Under the pieces are notes generated by a model. That model searched no databases. It saw only the letters and a list, made by a program, of their open reading frames with translations, and was not told the DNA's origin. A stretch of DNA of 64,000 nucleotides, taken from contig CAWAGA010000002.1 of the NCBI GenBank assembly GCA_963781665.1, positions 5,126,138 to 5,190,137 on the forward strand, read 5' to 3'. The stretch comes from an uncultured Chloroflexia bacterium (GTDB taxonomy: Bacteria > Chloroflexota > Anaerolineae > Anaerolineales > Anaerolineaceae). Made by a program: the position numbers and the translations under genes. This document shows positions 27,477 to 37,756 of this stretch, one piece after another (positions within the stretch are counted from its first letter, which is position 1; each line of letters opens with the position of its first letter).

Positions 27477-29245
27477 AATCCACTTTCCTGGGCCGTTATT
27501 CGATTTTAGCTATCATCCTGTGGATTGCTGGTGCTCTGGTAATCATCCAGATGTTCCGGGTTCAAAACAGCCCCAGTGCCAAGATCGTGCTCGACCAGGT
27601 GCTGCGCTATGAGAGTTACGAGAAGACGGTCTACCCTGCCCGGGGGAGTATTTACGACCGCTGGGGAAACCTTTTAGCCGGAAACGAGCAGGTTTACGAA
27701 GTGGGGGTTAACCTTGAAACTCCATATGATGAAAAGGCAATCGCCTCGGCTATGGCCACGGCTGTCGGTTCGGATTATGCCAGGATCATCAGCTTGTTCA
27801 ACGATCCCTACACAGCCAGTCTGAAATATCTGGTGCTGGCAGATTACGTGAGCCTCGACCAGATCAATAAATTGGCGCAATTAAAAGAGGAAGCGGCGAC
27901 TGCAACCATATCAAATAAAAACGCCCCGAACCTTGAAGCGTTAACCTGGTCTCCTCACCTGGTACGCAGCTATCCAGAAGGTTCGTTGGCTGCAAATATC
28001 ATCGGTTTCTACCCATATAAGGCTGGTAATGATGCGAAGGGCGCTTTCGGGATTGAAGAGAAGTATAATGACCTTCTTGCCGGAACACCACAAACCATGT
28101 TCGTGGCAAATGATCCTTTGATGGTCCAGGATATTCCTCAGGTGCCACCTGGGGACAGCCTGGTGCTGACCATCGACCGTTCCATACAATCAGCGATGGA
28201 AGAAACTCTCGATAAAGCCGTAGCCGATACCAAGTCGGCATCTGGCAGCCTGGTCGTCATGGATCCCAGAAATGGCGAAATCCTGGCGATGGCAAGTACC
28301 CCACGCATGGATCTAAACAAGTATTGGGACTATGGCAGTATCTACCCCAACGCGACCGATTTCAACCGTCCGGTAATGAACACCTATGAACCCGGGTCGG
28401 TGTTCAAGATTTTTACGATGGCGGCGGCGCTGGATGCCGGCGCGGTTGTACCGGATTCGACCTTCCTGGATACCGGCGTGATCGAAATTGGCGGTATCTA
28501 TATTTACAACTGGGATGGCGGCGCTTACGGCGAACAAACCATGACCGGTTGTTTGCAGCATTCTTTGAACGTCTGCCTGACCTGGGTAGCCGAACAGTTA
28601 GGCCCCAGTCGTTTTTACAATTACCTCAGGGCTTTTGGGATCGGCCACCTCACCGGGATCGACCTGGCCGGCGAAGCCTATTACCCACTTTCCACTCCTG
28701 GAGACAACCAGTGGTACGAAGCCAACCTGGGCACTAATTCATTTGGCCAGGGCGTCGCAGTCACTCCCATCGAAATGGTTATGGCAGCTTCAGCGATAGC
28801 TAATAACCAGGGAAAAATGATGGTTCCGCATATGGTCAAGGCCATCATCGAGAATGGCCACCAATACAACATTTCGCCTCAGGTGGCAGGCACCCCCATT
28901 ACTGCCAATACAGCTTCGACCCTGACTGCGATGTTATCGCGATCACTCGAACAAGAATCGTCGGATGCCCTGGTCCCAGGATATCGGGTTGCCGGGAAGA
29001 CCGGAACTGCAGAAATCCCAGGGCCAGGTGGATATTTATCCAACCTGACCAACGCTTCGTTTGTGGGTTGGGGACCGATCGACGACCCGCAGTTCCTCGT
29101 TTATATCTGGCTGGAAAAACCCGAAACTTCAATGTGGGGCTCTGTGGTAGCCGCACCGGTCTTCAGTGAAGCCGTTCAGAAACTTGTCGTACTGTTGGGC
29201 CTGCCGCCGGACGACATCCGCCAACAACTTCTAGCGAACCACTAA
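27473..29245 (+). CDS. ftsI: Division-type class B penicillin-binding protein (transpeptidase)
   Basis: MKSTFLGRYSILAIILWIAGALVIIQMF is the TM anchor. PBP dimer domain. Active-site motifs EPGSVFK (SxxK), SLN (SxN) and KTGTA. Confidence 0.9.
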   Translation: MKSTFLGRYSILAIILWIAGALVIIQMFRVQNSPSAKIVLDQVLRYESYEKTVYPARGSIYDRWGNLLAGNEQVYEVGVNLETPYDEKAIASAMATAVGSDYARIISLFNDPYTASLKYLVLADYVSLDQINKLAQLKEEAATATISNKNAPNLEALTWSPHLVRSYPEGSLAANIIGFYPYKAGNDAKGAFGIEEKYNDLLAGTPQTMFVANDPLMVQDIPQVPPGDSLVLTIDRSIQSAMEETLDKAVADTKSASGSLVVMDPRNGEILAMASTPRMDLNKYWDYGSIYPNATDFNRPVMNTYEPGSVFKIFTMAAALDAGAVVPDSTFLDTGVIEIGGIYIYNWDGGAYGEQTMTGCLQHSLNVCLTWVAEQLGPSRFYNYLRAFGIGHLTGIDLAGEAYYPLSTPGDNQWYEANLGTNSFGQGVAVTPIEMVMAASAIANNQGKMMVPHMVKAIIENGHQYNISPQVAGTPITANTASTLTAMLSRSLEQESSDALVPGYRVAGKTGTAEIPGPGGYLSNLTNASFVGWGPIDDPQFLVYIWLEKPETSMWGSVVAAPVFSEAVQKLVVLLGLPPDDIRQQLLANH

Positions 29246-29419
29246 CGAATTATATGTGCGGATACGGAGAGAAGATACTTTCTCGACCGTATCCGAAAAA
29301 CCGATTAATCTTCGGATTAACTTCACATTATCGATATGAGCGGAGCGAGGAAACCCGAACAACCTTGGAGAGTCTCGTTTCGCCTGATGAATCAGACTGA
29401 AAGGTATTTTTAGGCAATT

Positions 29420-30856
29420 ATGTTTAGACTGGCAGATGCGCTTGAAGCAATAACAGGCGCCAGACCTCAGAACCCCGGGATGGTGATCACTGAGGCTGCT
29501 GTAGATTCACGCCAGGTGATTCCAGGATCGCTGTTCGTCGCTCTCCCTGGAGAACGAGCCGATGGCCACCAATTCGTTGCCGATGCATTCAAGCAAGGAT
29601 CCAGTATTGCCCTTGTCTCTCAAGACCTTTCCGGATCATTTCCAAGCATCGATTTACGGGAAGGAACCTTACCGCCAAACTTAGAAATTCCAACCGGTCC
29701 ATTCTGCATTCAGGTGAAAGACAGTTTGACAGCTTTACACCAGATGGCCCGTTTTTGGCGGCGGAAGTTAAATCTGCGTGTGATCGGTGTCACCGGCAGT
29801 GTCGGGAAATCGACCACAAAAGAACTGGTGGCCGAAGTGCTCAGCCAGCGTTTCCATACGCTGAAGAGTCCGGGGAACTTGAACAACGAGATCGGTCTAC
29901 CGCTGACATTGCTGCGGTTGAATACAAGTTATGAACGGGCCGTGCTCGAGATGGGTTTTTACGTTCCCGGCGAAATCAGCTTTCTTTGCGACCTTGCCCT
30001 CCCCCAGGTCGGCATCATCACAAATATCGGCACCGTACACGCAGAAAGAGCTGGTTCGCAAGAGATCATCGCCCGCGGGAAAGCTGAGCTCATCAAAGCG
30101 CTTCCTGCAGCTCCCGAGGGCGTCGCCATTCTGAATTACGATGATCCTCTCGTCCGGCCGATGGCAAAAGATACCCAGGCCCGGGTTTTCTACTATGGAT
30201 TGGACCCGCAAGCCAATTTATGGGCAGATGGAGTCGAGGGGTTAGGGCTTGAAGGCATCCGTTTCAGGCTTCATTATCATAATGAAGTAATCCACATGCA
30301 CGTACCTTTAATTGGGAGGCATTCGGTTCACACAGCGCTCCGGGCGGCAGCAGCAGGCCTCGTGGAAGGCCTCACCTGGCAGGATATTGTCTCGGGTCTT
30401 TTGATGGGCCATTCGCAGCTGCGCCTGGTGACAGTGCACACCGATTCAGGAGCGCTCATTTTAGATGACACCTACAATGCTTCCCCCGAATCGACCCTGG
30501 CAGCCCTCAATTTACTGGAAGAAATGGATGGTCCCAAGGTGGCTGTCCTGGGAGACATGCTCGAGCTTGGGCCTTACGAACAACAAGGACACGAAATGGT
30601 AGGCGCACGCGCCGCCGGAATTGTCACAAGACTGGTCGTCGTAGGAGAAAGGTCAAAGCAAACGGCTCTGGCAGCGAGCGAAGCCGGGTTGGATACTAGA
30701 GCCATCCACTGGTTTGCGACCACCGAAGAAGTAACCGAATTTTTGCGAGAAAATTTAATGGGTAATGATGTGGTATTGGTAAAAGGTTCACATAGCATGC
30801 GTATGGATCGGATCGTGGCTGCGCTCGAATCAACGGATGGCGAGGAGGATTTGTGA
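29420..30856 (+). CDS. murF: UDP-N-acetylmuramoyl-tripeptide--D-alanyl-D-alanine ligase
   Basis: 478 aa. DSRQVIPGSLFVALPGERADGHQF. P-loop GVTGSVGKSTTKE. Mur ligase middle and C-terminal domains. dcw position. Confidence 0.92.
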   Translation: MFRLADALEAITGARPQNPGMVITEAAVDSRQVIPGSLFVALPGERADGHQFVADAFKQGSSIALVSQDLSGSFPSIDLREGTLPPNLEIPTGPFCIQVKDSLTALHQMARFWRRKLNLRVIGVTGSVGKSTTKELVAEVLSQRFHTLKSPGNLNNEIGLPLTLLRLNTSYERAVLEMGFYVPGEISFLCDLALPQVGIITNIGTVHAERAGSQEIIARGKAELIKALPAAPEGVAILNYDDPLVRPMAKDTQARVFYYGLDPQANLWADGVEGLGLEGIRFRLHYHNEVIHMHVPLIGRHSVHTALRAAAAGLVEGLTWQDIVSGLLMGHSQLRLVTVHTDSGALILDDTYNASPESTLAALNLLEEMDGPKVAVLGDMLELGPYEQQGHEMVGARAAGIVTRLVVVGERSKQTALAASEAGLDTRAIHWFATTEEVTEFLRENLMGNDVVLVKGSHSMRMDRIVAALESTDGEEDL

Positions 30857-31845
30857 AAGAAACCTCCCTTGCCATTTCATTGAGCGGGTTGAGCTTTTTG
30901 CTGGCTGTCATCTGGGGCGGGCCATTGGTGCGGGTTTTGCGTTATTTTAAAATTGGAAAATTAATCCGGGTAGAAGGTCCCGCCAGCCATTTTTCAAAGA
31001 TGGGCACACCAACCATGGGTGGTTTGATGGTCATCTTACCGGTAACTTTGCTGACGATATTGTTGAATGCAGCATCTGTACTGGGTTTGAATGTGCTGGG
31101 AAGGTCGGTGCTGGTGCCGGTCATCGTCCTTTTGGCCTATGGCATTCTCGGCGCGGTTGACGATTGGGAAGGTATTCGCGGGCCGCGCCGTGGGCTGGGG
31201 ATGCGGGCGCGCACCAAGTTCCTGTTCCAGGTGCTGATCGCCCTAGGCGTGGCATTCGTCTTACACTATTTCCTGAAAGTCCCCGAAATGTACTGGCCCG
31301 GTGTCAGCGGCCAAATTTCATTGGGAGTGTTCTACATCCCATTTGCAGTCGTGGTCATCGTAGGAATGTCGAATGCAGTCAATTTTGCCGATGGTCTGGA
31401 TGGATTGGCAGGCTTGATCTCAGCCACGGCATTTGCCGCCTACGGCGGCATCGCCCTGATGCAAGGGCAGATCTTCCTGGGCAGGTTCTGTTTCACCATC
31501 GTCGGCGCTCTCTTCGGTTTCTTGTGGTTCAACGTTCATCCGGCGAACCTGATCATGGGTGATATGGGCGCCTTATCGTTAGGGGCGACTCTCGGTGTGG
31601 TCAGCCTCATGACTGGGCAGTGGCTGTTACTCCCACTCATTGCCATTATTCCGGTGAGCGACTTACTGAGCGTGGTTTTGCAGATCTCGTATTTCAAGCT
31701 GACCCACGGCAAACGGTTGTTTAAAATGGCCCCGCTACACCATCATTTCGAACTGCTGGGTTGGAGTGAAACCCAGGTAGTCCAGCGTTTCTGGCTGGTA
31801 GGGCTGGTATGCGCGATGCTTGGCGTCGCGGTGGCTTTCGTGTAA
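30853..31845 (+). CDS. mraY: Phospho-N-acetylmuramoyl-pentapeptide transferase
   Basis: 330-aa polytopic protein. PTMGG, NAVNFADGLDGLA and APLHHHFELLGWSE motifs. Confidence 0.95.
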   Translation: MKETSLAISLSGLSFLLAVIWGGPLVRVLRYFKIGKLIRVEGPASHFSKMGTPTMGGLMVILPVTLLTILLNAASVLGLNVLGRSVLVPVIVLLAYGILGAVDDWEGIRGPRRGLGMRARTKFLFQVLIALGVAFVLHYFLKVPEMYWPGVSGQISLGVFYIPFAVVVIVGMSNAVNFADGLDGLAGLISATAFAAYGGIALMQGQIFLGRFCFTIVGALFGFLWFNVHPANLIMGDMGALSLGATLGVVSLMTGQWLLLPLIAIIPVSDLLSVVLQISYFKLTHGKRLFKMAPLHHHFELLGWSETQVVQRFWLVGLVCAMLGVAVAFV

Positions 31846-31860
31846 ACGGTTAGGAGATCG

Positions 31861-33261
31861 ATGGAAAACTGGAAAGATAAACGCGTTTTGGTGATTGGAG
31901 CGGCCCGTCAGGGACTCGCTCTAACGCGTTATCTATCAAGCCATGGCGCCAGGGTAGTCCTTAACGACCAACGATCTTCTGAAGAGCTGGCAAATGCGGT
32001 CCGCTCCCTTCAAGGCGTTCCAGTAGAATGGGCCTTGGGCGGCCACCCATTGCCTCTCCTGGATGGGATCGACCTGGTTTGCGCCTCAGGCGGTGTGCCA
32101 TTGAGCCTGCCGCTGGTTGCAGAAGCTCGCCGGCGCAACCTGCCCCTCTCCAACAACTCGCAAGTATTTATGGAAGCGGTCACCTGCCCTGTGGTAGGGA
32201 TCACCGGATCGGCTGGAAAGACCACTACAACAACCCTGGTCGGCCGGATGGCTGCAGCAACCAACAACAACGACCGCTGCGCCGCTCAGTACCGCAAGAC
32301 ATGGGTCGGTGGGAACATCGGCATGCCCTTGATCAGCGTCGTCGACCAAATTAAGCCAGAAGACCTGGTCGTCATGGAGCTCTCCAGTTTCCAGCTTGAA
32401 CTGATGGACCGCACCCCCTGGGTGGCTGCAGTGCTTAATGTGACCCCCAACCACCTCGACCGGCACGGCTCTATGGAAGCATATACGGCTGCCAAAGAAC
32501 GCATTCTGGCATTCCAGAAACCCCACGATTGGACCGTCCTGGGACGTGAAGACCCGGTAGCCTGGAGTTTCCGTCACAAGGTACGGGGAAACCTGGCCAG
32601 TTTCGGTTTGCTTCCTCCATCCAGCAGCGAGGATGCCACTTTCGTCCAAAACGAGACGGTTTGGCTCCAGCATGCAGGCGTTAGATCAGCTGTGATGCCG
32701 TGCATCTCGATCTTGCTGCGGGGCGAGCACAACTTGCTCAACGTCACCGCAGCCTGTGCCACTGCTCACGTGGTCGGGCTTCCAGCCACAGCCATGCAAG
32801 CCGGAATCGAAGGTTTCACCGGTGTACCCCACCGATTGCAGATGGTGCGGACCTGGCACGGCGCTGATTGGTACAACGACTCGATTGCAACAGCGCCAGA
32901 ACGCAGCATGGCATCGATCCGCTCTTTCGAAGAGCCTATCGTCCTCATGCTTGGCGGCCGCGATAAGAACCTACCCTGGGGGGAGCTTGCAGACCTGGTT
33001 CATAAAAGGGTCGACCACGTGGTTGTTTTTGGTGAAGCCAGGGACAAGATCGTAAGGGCTATTGCATCGTCCAGCGATCACGACCGTCCATATACCATCG
33101 AACAATGTTCTACATTACACACGGCAGTCGAAAAGGCAGCCGGAATCGTCCAACCTGGCGACGTGGTTTTACTTGCGCCAGGAGGCACCAGTTTTGATGA
33201 ATTCCGCGATTTCGAAGAACGCGGGGAATGGTTCGAAAAATGGGTGAAGGAACTTTCGTAA
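31861..33261 (+). CDS. murD: UDP-N-acetylmuramoylalanine--D-glutamate ligase
   Basis: 466 aa. Rossmann VLVIGAARQG. GITGSAGKTTTTTL. HRLQMV motif. dcw position. Confidence 0.92.
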   Translation: MENWKDKRVLVIGAARQGLALTRYLSSHGARVVLNDQRSSEELANAVRSLQGVPVEWALGGHPLPLLDGIDLVCASGGVPLSLPLVAEARRRNLPLSNNSQVFMEAVTCPVVGITGSAGKTTTTTLVGRMAAATNNNDRCAAQYRKTWVGGNIGMPLISVVDQIKPEDLVVMELSSFQLELMDRTPWVAAVLNVTPNHLDRHGSMEAYTAAKERILAFQKPHDWTVLGREDPVAWSFRHKVRGNLASFGLLPPSSSEDATFVQNETVWLQHAGVRSAVMPCISILLRGEHNLLNVTAACATAHVVGLPATAMQAGIEGFTGVPHRLQMVRTWHGADWYNDSIATAPERSMASIRSFEEPIVLMLGGRDKNLPWGELADLVHKRVDHVVVFGEARDKIVRAIASSSDHDRPYTIEQCSTLHTAVEKAAGIVQPGDVVLLAPGGTSFDEFRDFEERGEWFEKWVKELS

Positions 33262-34488
33262 ATCAGGTGAAACCCGTGAATACATCTGGCGTGCGCAGGC
33301 CGTTGCGTTTACGCCTGGATGTGCCGCTGCTGCTGATCGTCATCACTTTGCTGGTCTTCGGATTGGTAATGGTGTTTTCAGCCAGCACAGATTTCAGTTT
33401 CACAATCTTGGGTGAATCTCCATATTATATGTTCACCCACCAGGCTATGTTCATCGGATTGGGCCTGGTAACCGCAGTCGTGCTCTCGTTGATCGATTAC
33501 CACATCTACCGTTACCTGGCTGTACCGATGCTGGTGGTGACCATACTCGCCTTATTAGCGGTCATCGTCTTCCGCGGCCCCAGCTCATCGACCATCCGTA
33601 CTCTGATCGGAGGCTCGATCCAACCTTCCGAGCTCGCCAAATTGGTGATCATTATCTACCTGTCTTTCTGGCTGTATTCAAAGCGAGACGTTATCAACGA
33701 TATCGGCTTCGGTCTCATCCCCATGGCGGTCATTCTAGGGGTTACCGGTGGCTTGATCTGGAAGCAGCCGGACCTGAGTGCAACTGCGACGATCTTCATC
33801 CTGGGAGGCATCTTATTCTTCCTGGCCGGTGGCGATTGGAAACAAATCATCCTGGTCTTCATTCTCGGCGTCCTGTTGGGATGGGTGATGGTGACCTTCA
33901 CCACTACCGGCAAAGACCGGCTGGTCGGCCTGGATTACAGGCTTGCAGGACATGACCAAAAGCTCAGACCAGGTGATGCGCACGCTCGAATCGATCATCA
34001 AAGGCGGTTGGCTGGGCGTGGGCCTTGGCTTGGGAGATGTCAAAGGCACCGGCCTTCCCCTTGCGCCTTCAGATAGCATTTTTGCCGTGGTGGCCGAGGA
34101 AACCGGTCTAATCGGCTCGACCTTATTAGTCGGCTTGTTCTGCCTGTTCCTCTGGCGCGGCATTCGCATCGCCCGGCAAGCCCCAGACCAACTCGGGTCA
34201 CTGCTGGCAGCCGGCCTGGCAATCTGGATCGTGCTGGAAGCTATGATCAACATGATGGTCATCGCTGGCCTCTTCCCTGTTTCGGGGAATGCTTTACCTT
34301 TTGTCAGTTACGGCGGCTCTAACATGGTGGTCACCCTCGCCGCGGTGGGGATCATCATGAACGTCGCTCGCCAATCATCGGAGAAAGAATCAAAAGAAGG
34401 GAGTTCATTCAGTGCAGTTGTTGATTTGCGCCGGGGGGACCGGCGGCGGGGTGTATCCCGCGCTCGCCGTTCTCCAGGCCCTCGCTAA
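33228..34488 (+). CDS. ftsW: SEDS-family peptidoglycan polymerase FtsW, one apparent frameshift (start between 33228 and 33267)
   Basis: Track ORFs 33228..34076 and 33943..34488 join as ..TTTGKDRLV/WITGLQDMTKSSDQVMRTLESIIKGGWLGVGLGLG..PSDSIFAVVAEETGLIG..LPFVSYGGSNMV by removing one base near 33929. The 3' end overlaps murG by 77 nt. Confidence 0.85.
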
Positions 34489-35527
34489 TGATCCCGGCCC
34501 TTTCTTATGGGTCGGAGGAGAAGATGGGATGGAAGCTGAACTCGTTCAGCGCAGCCTGAACATATCAGGCAGCAAACTCTCATTTCTCTCTATCCCAGCC
34601 GCAGGCGTTCACGGCGTGGGCATGCGAGCCTTACCTGGAAATATCCTCAAACTTTTACGAGGGTACTTTGCTTCCCGGAAAATCATCCGCACCTTTAAGC
34701 CTGATGTCCTCTTCTATACCGGTGGATACCTGGCCGTACCGATGGCTTTAGCAGCCCGGCGCATTCCTGCAATGGCATACGTCCCAGACATCGAGCCCGG
34801 CCTGGCTTTGAAGACCCTGGCTCGCTTCTCCACCCGGGTCGCAGTCACTACGAGCGAGTCGCGCCAATTTTTCTCTTCTCAGAAAAAGATCACGATCAGC
34901 GGATATCCCGTACGGTCCGAATTATCCCGATGGAAGCGGGCTGAGGCATTTCAGGTGCTTAACTTACAGGATAACCTGCCTGTGCTGCTGGTTTCCGGTG
35001 GAAGCAAGGGAGCCAGGTCTATTAACCGGGCGCTCATTTCCATCCTGCCCGATCTGCTCCAAAACATGCAGATTATCCACCTGACCGGACAGCTCGATTG
35101 GCCTGAGATCAAATCAGCCTGTTCGACCCTCCCGGCGGAACTGTTCCCCCATTATCACCCCTTCCCTTACCTGCACGAAATGGGGGCCGCCCTGGCTGCT
35201 GCTGATCTGGTTGTCTCACGAGCAGGCGCATCCACTCTGGGCGAATATCCTCTCTTCGGCCTCCCGGCTGTACTCGTCCCTTACCCATACGCCTGGCGCT
35301 ACCAGAAGGTCAACGCCGACTACCTTGCCAATTGTGGCGCGGCTGTTGTCGTTGAAGATGCCGATTTGAGCAGCCAGCTTCTTCCGCAAGTTAAATCTCT
35401 CCTGAGCGACAGCGAAGGCCTGGGAAAGATGCGTAAAGCTATGTCCACCCTGGCCCACCCCCAGGCAGCCCAACACCTGGCGAACGAACTTATCCAATTA
35501 TCCGGCCGATCCAGGAGGGGAGGATGA
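34412..35527 (+). CDS. murG: UDP-N-acetylglucosamine--N-acetylmuramyl-(pentapeptide) pyrophosphoryl-undecaprenol GlcNAc transferase
   Basis: GTG start. VQLLICAGGTGGGVYPALAV. C-terminal ADLVVSRAGASTLGE. dcw position. Confidence 0.92.
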   Translation: MQLLICAGGTGGGVYPALAVLQALANDPGPFLWVGGEDGMEAELVQRSLNISGSKLSFLSIPAAGVHGVGMRALPGNILKLLRGYFASRKIIRTFKPDVLFYTGGYLAVPMALAARRIPAMAYVPDIEPGLALKTLARFSTRVAVTTSESRQFFSSQKKITISGYPVRSELSRWKRAEAFQVLNLQDNLPVLLVSGGSKGARSINRALISILPDLLQNMQIIHLTGQLDWPEIKSACSTLPAELFPHYHPFPYLHEMGAALAAADLVVSRAGASTLGEYPLFGLPAVLVPYPYAWRYQKVNADYLANCGAAVVVEDADLSSQLLPQVKSLLSDSEGLGKMRKAMSTLAHPQAAQHLANELIQLSGRSRRGG

Positions 35528-35531
35528 CGTC

Positions 35532-36074
35532 TTGATTAGCTTGATTGCTCTTTTTTGGATGTACATTTTCTTATTCGCTTTCATCGGCGCCATGCGCGGC
35601 TGGGCTAAGGAGCTTTTGGTCAGCTTCAGCGTTATTCTGGCCATTTTTGTGATCGAAGTACTGGAGAAAATCCCCTTCATCGCCACCTCAATGATTGGCA
35701 CGAGCGATTTCTGGCTGCGGTCGATTGTGGTTGTCGTCCTGGTTTTCTTCGGCTACCAATCTCCCAACCTGCCCCGCCTGGCTAATTCCGGCAAGTTCGT
35801 GCGAGCGCACTTCCAGGACATGCTCTTGGGCATTTTCCTCGGCGCAGTAAACGGTTACTTTATCTTTGGCACACTCTGGTACTACCTGGCTCAGGCCGGG
35901 TACCCATTTGAGGCGATCATCTCCAAGCCGGATGCGACCTCGGCCTTGGGGAAGACCCTGGCCGATATGGTCAATTTCATGCCTCCCGCCTGGCTGGCGA
36001 GTGGGCAGCCGGTACAAATTATCTTCTTTGCAGTCGCAATTGCATTCGTGTTCGTTTTGGTGGTATTTATCTGA
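35532..36074 (+). CDS. CvpA-family membrane protein
   Basis: 180 aa with 4-5 TM segments. The N-terminus (LIALFWMYIFLFAFIGAMRGWAKELLVSFSVILAIFV) resembles colicin V production protein CvpA. It is inserted between murG and murC. Confidence 0.55.
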   Translation: MISLIALFWMYIFLFAFIGAMRGWAKELLVSFSVILAIFVIEVLEKIPFIATSMIGTSDFWLRSIVVVVLVFFGYQSPNLPRLANSGKFVRAHFQDMLLGIFLGAVNGYFIFGTLWYYLAQAGYPFEAIISKPDATSALGKTLADMVNFMPPAWLASGQPVQIIFFAVAIAFVFVLVVFI

Positions 36075-37516
36075 TGGAACATATTCATCTCATCGGGATC
36101 GGCGGAAGTGGGCTTTCAGCCATTGCCAGGGTACTGCTCGAAAGCGGGTACACGGTCAGTGGGTCAGATCGCCTGCCATCAGCCTTTACCGCCAGTCTGG
36201 AAGAAGCCGGCGCAGCAATCACCATCGGGCACCAGGCTGAAAACGTGGCTGGCGCTAACGTGGTGGTGCGCTCTTCTGCTGTTCCGGATGATAACCCTGA
36301 GGTCAGGGCTGCATTGAACGCCAACATCCCGGTGCTCAAACGCACCGATTTTCTCGGCCGATTATTAGGCGACGGACGGTACAAGACGATCGCTGTAGCC
36401 GGGACGCATGGGAAGACGACCACGACCGCCATGATCGCCTGGACGCTCAGCCAGCTAGGCCGTGACCCTTCATTCATCATCGGCGGAGTTTCCAAGAACC
36501 TGGGGACAAACGCTCATGCCGGCAAAGGCGTCGAATTCGTGATTGAAGCAGACGAGTACGATCACATGTTTATGGGATTGAAACCCGACATCATCGTCGT
36601 CAGCAACGTCGATTATGACCACCCGGACTGCTACCCCACCCGAGAAGATTATGACCAGGCTTTCGCCGACTTCACTTCCAACCTGCGTCCAGGTGGAAAA
36701 CTGTTGGTGTGTGCCGAAGACAGCGGCGCTCAGAGGTTAGGGCAAAATGCCCGGATTCAGGGTAAACACGTGCTCGCCTATGGCCTGGACCACCTGGTTG
36801 GTTACGAAGCAGATTACAAAACAGCCTATACCTTCGATCGTGACCTTTCATATCTGGCCTGCGACCTGAACCGCAACCAGGATGGCTGCTTCGATTATCA
36901 GGCCTGGTTCCAACCGGACACAAGCGAAGGCTCCCTGCTGGCACAGGTTAAGCTGCAGGTACCCGGCATCCATAATGTCTTAAACTCCCTGGCTGCGATC
37001 GGTGTATGCCACTGCCTGGAGCTTGCGCCAGCGGAAGCAGCCTTACCACTGCATACCTTCCAGGGCGCCGGCCGCCGCTTTGACCTTTTGGGAGAAGCAG
37101 GTGGAATAGTGATTATAAATGACTATGCGCACCACCCCACAGAAATTCATGCAACCCTGTCCGCAGCCCGCGTTCGCTTTCCAGGCCAACGCTTATGGGC
37201 CGTCTGGCAGCCGCATACCCTCACCCGCACCCAGGTTTTCCTGTCAAATTTCGAAACTGCGTTCGCAGATGCTGACCAGGTCGTGATCACCGGGATTTAT
37301 GGCGCCAGAGAAAATGTCGATCCCCAGGTTGAAACCAACCTGATCACGGAATTGGTTCAATCGATTTCAGGGCCAGCGACCCATTACATCGCCAACCATC
37401 ATGAGGTCGTCGCATACCTCGCTGCGAACCTGCTTCCAGGTGACGTCGTCCTGGTCCTTTCGGCCGGGGATGGCGACCTGATCAGTGAACAATTGCTGGA
37501 TTCGCTCAGGAGTTAA
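36074..37516 (+). CDS. murC: UDP-N-acetylmuramate--L-alanine ligase
   Basis: 480 aa. HLIGIGGSGLSAIARVLLESGYTVSGSD. GTHGKTTTTAMIA. DYAHHPTEI. Confidence 0.93.
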   Translation: MEHIHLIGIGGSGLSAIARVLLESGYTVSGSDRLPSAFTASLEEAGAAITIGHQAENVAGANVVVRSSAVPDDNPEVRAALNANIPVLKRTDFLGRLLGDGRYKTIAVAGTHGKTTTTAMIAWTLSQLGRDPSFIIGGVSKNLGTNAHAGKGVEFVIEADEYDHMFMGLKPDIIVVSNVDYDHPDCYPTREDYDQAFADFTSNLRPGGKLLVCAEDSGAQRLGQNARIQGKHVLAYGLDHLVGYEADYKTAYTFDRDLSYLACDLNRNQDGCFDYQAWFQPDTSEGSLLAQVKLQVPGIHNVLNSLAAIGVCHCLELAPAEAALPLHTFQGAGRRFDLLGEAGGIVIINDYAHHPTEIHATLSAARVRFPGQRLWAVWQPHTLTRTQVFLSNFETAFADADQVVITGIYGARENVDPQVETNLITELVQSISGPATHYIANHHEVVAYLAANLLPGDVVLVLSAGDGDLISEQLLDSLRS

Positions 37517-37520
37517 TCTC

Positions 37521-37712
37521 ATGGCTAAAGCTAGAATGATCCGTTTCGAAACGCAAACTGTCAATCCGCCGGAAGTGAAGCGCACCCAACGGCCATTAAC
37601 CCAAGCAAATATTGCCAGGAATGAAGGATTTTATTCAGAAGATGAAAAAGCAACTGAATCTGACCGCAAGAAATTGGTCGCTAGATTAATCGAATTCCTG
37701 GAGACGATCTAG
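37521..37712 (+). CDS. Small hypothetical protein (63 aa) inside the dcw cluster
   Basis: ATG 37521 is preceded by CAGGAG 8 nt upstream. The sequence is charged: MAKARMIRFETQTVNPPEVKRTQRPL...KKLVARLIEFLETI. No family recognised. Confidence 0.35.
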   Translation: MAKARMIRFETQTVNPPEVKRTQRPLTQANIARNEGFYSEDEKATESDRKKLVARLIEFLETI

Positions 37713-37756
37713 CCGCCGGCCGACCAATGCGGCCGCCAGCTAATGGATAATAACTA

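Noticed and set aside
29246-29419. A murE remnant in the gap between the PBP gene and murF.
   Set aside because: Six-frame reading of the 174 bp shows nothing resembling Mur ligase motifs. It contains only short hairpins.
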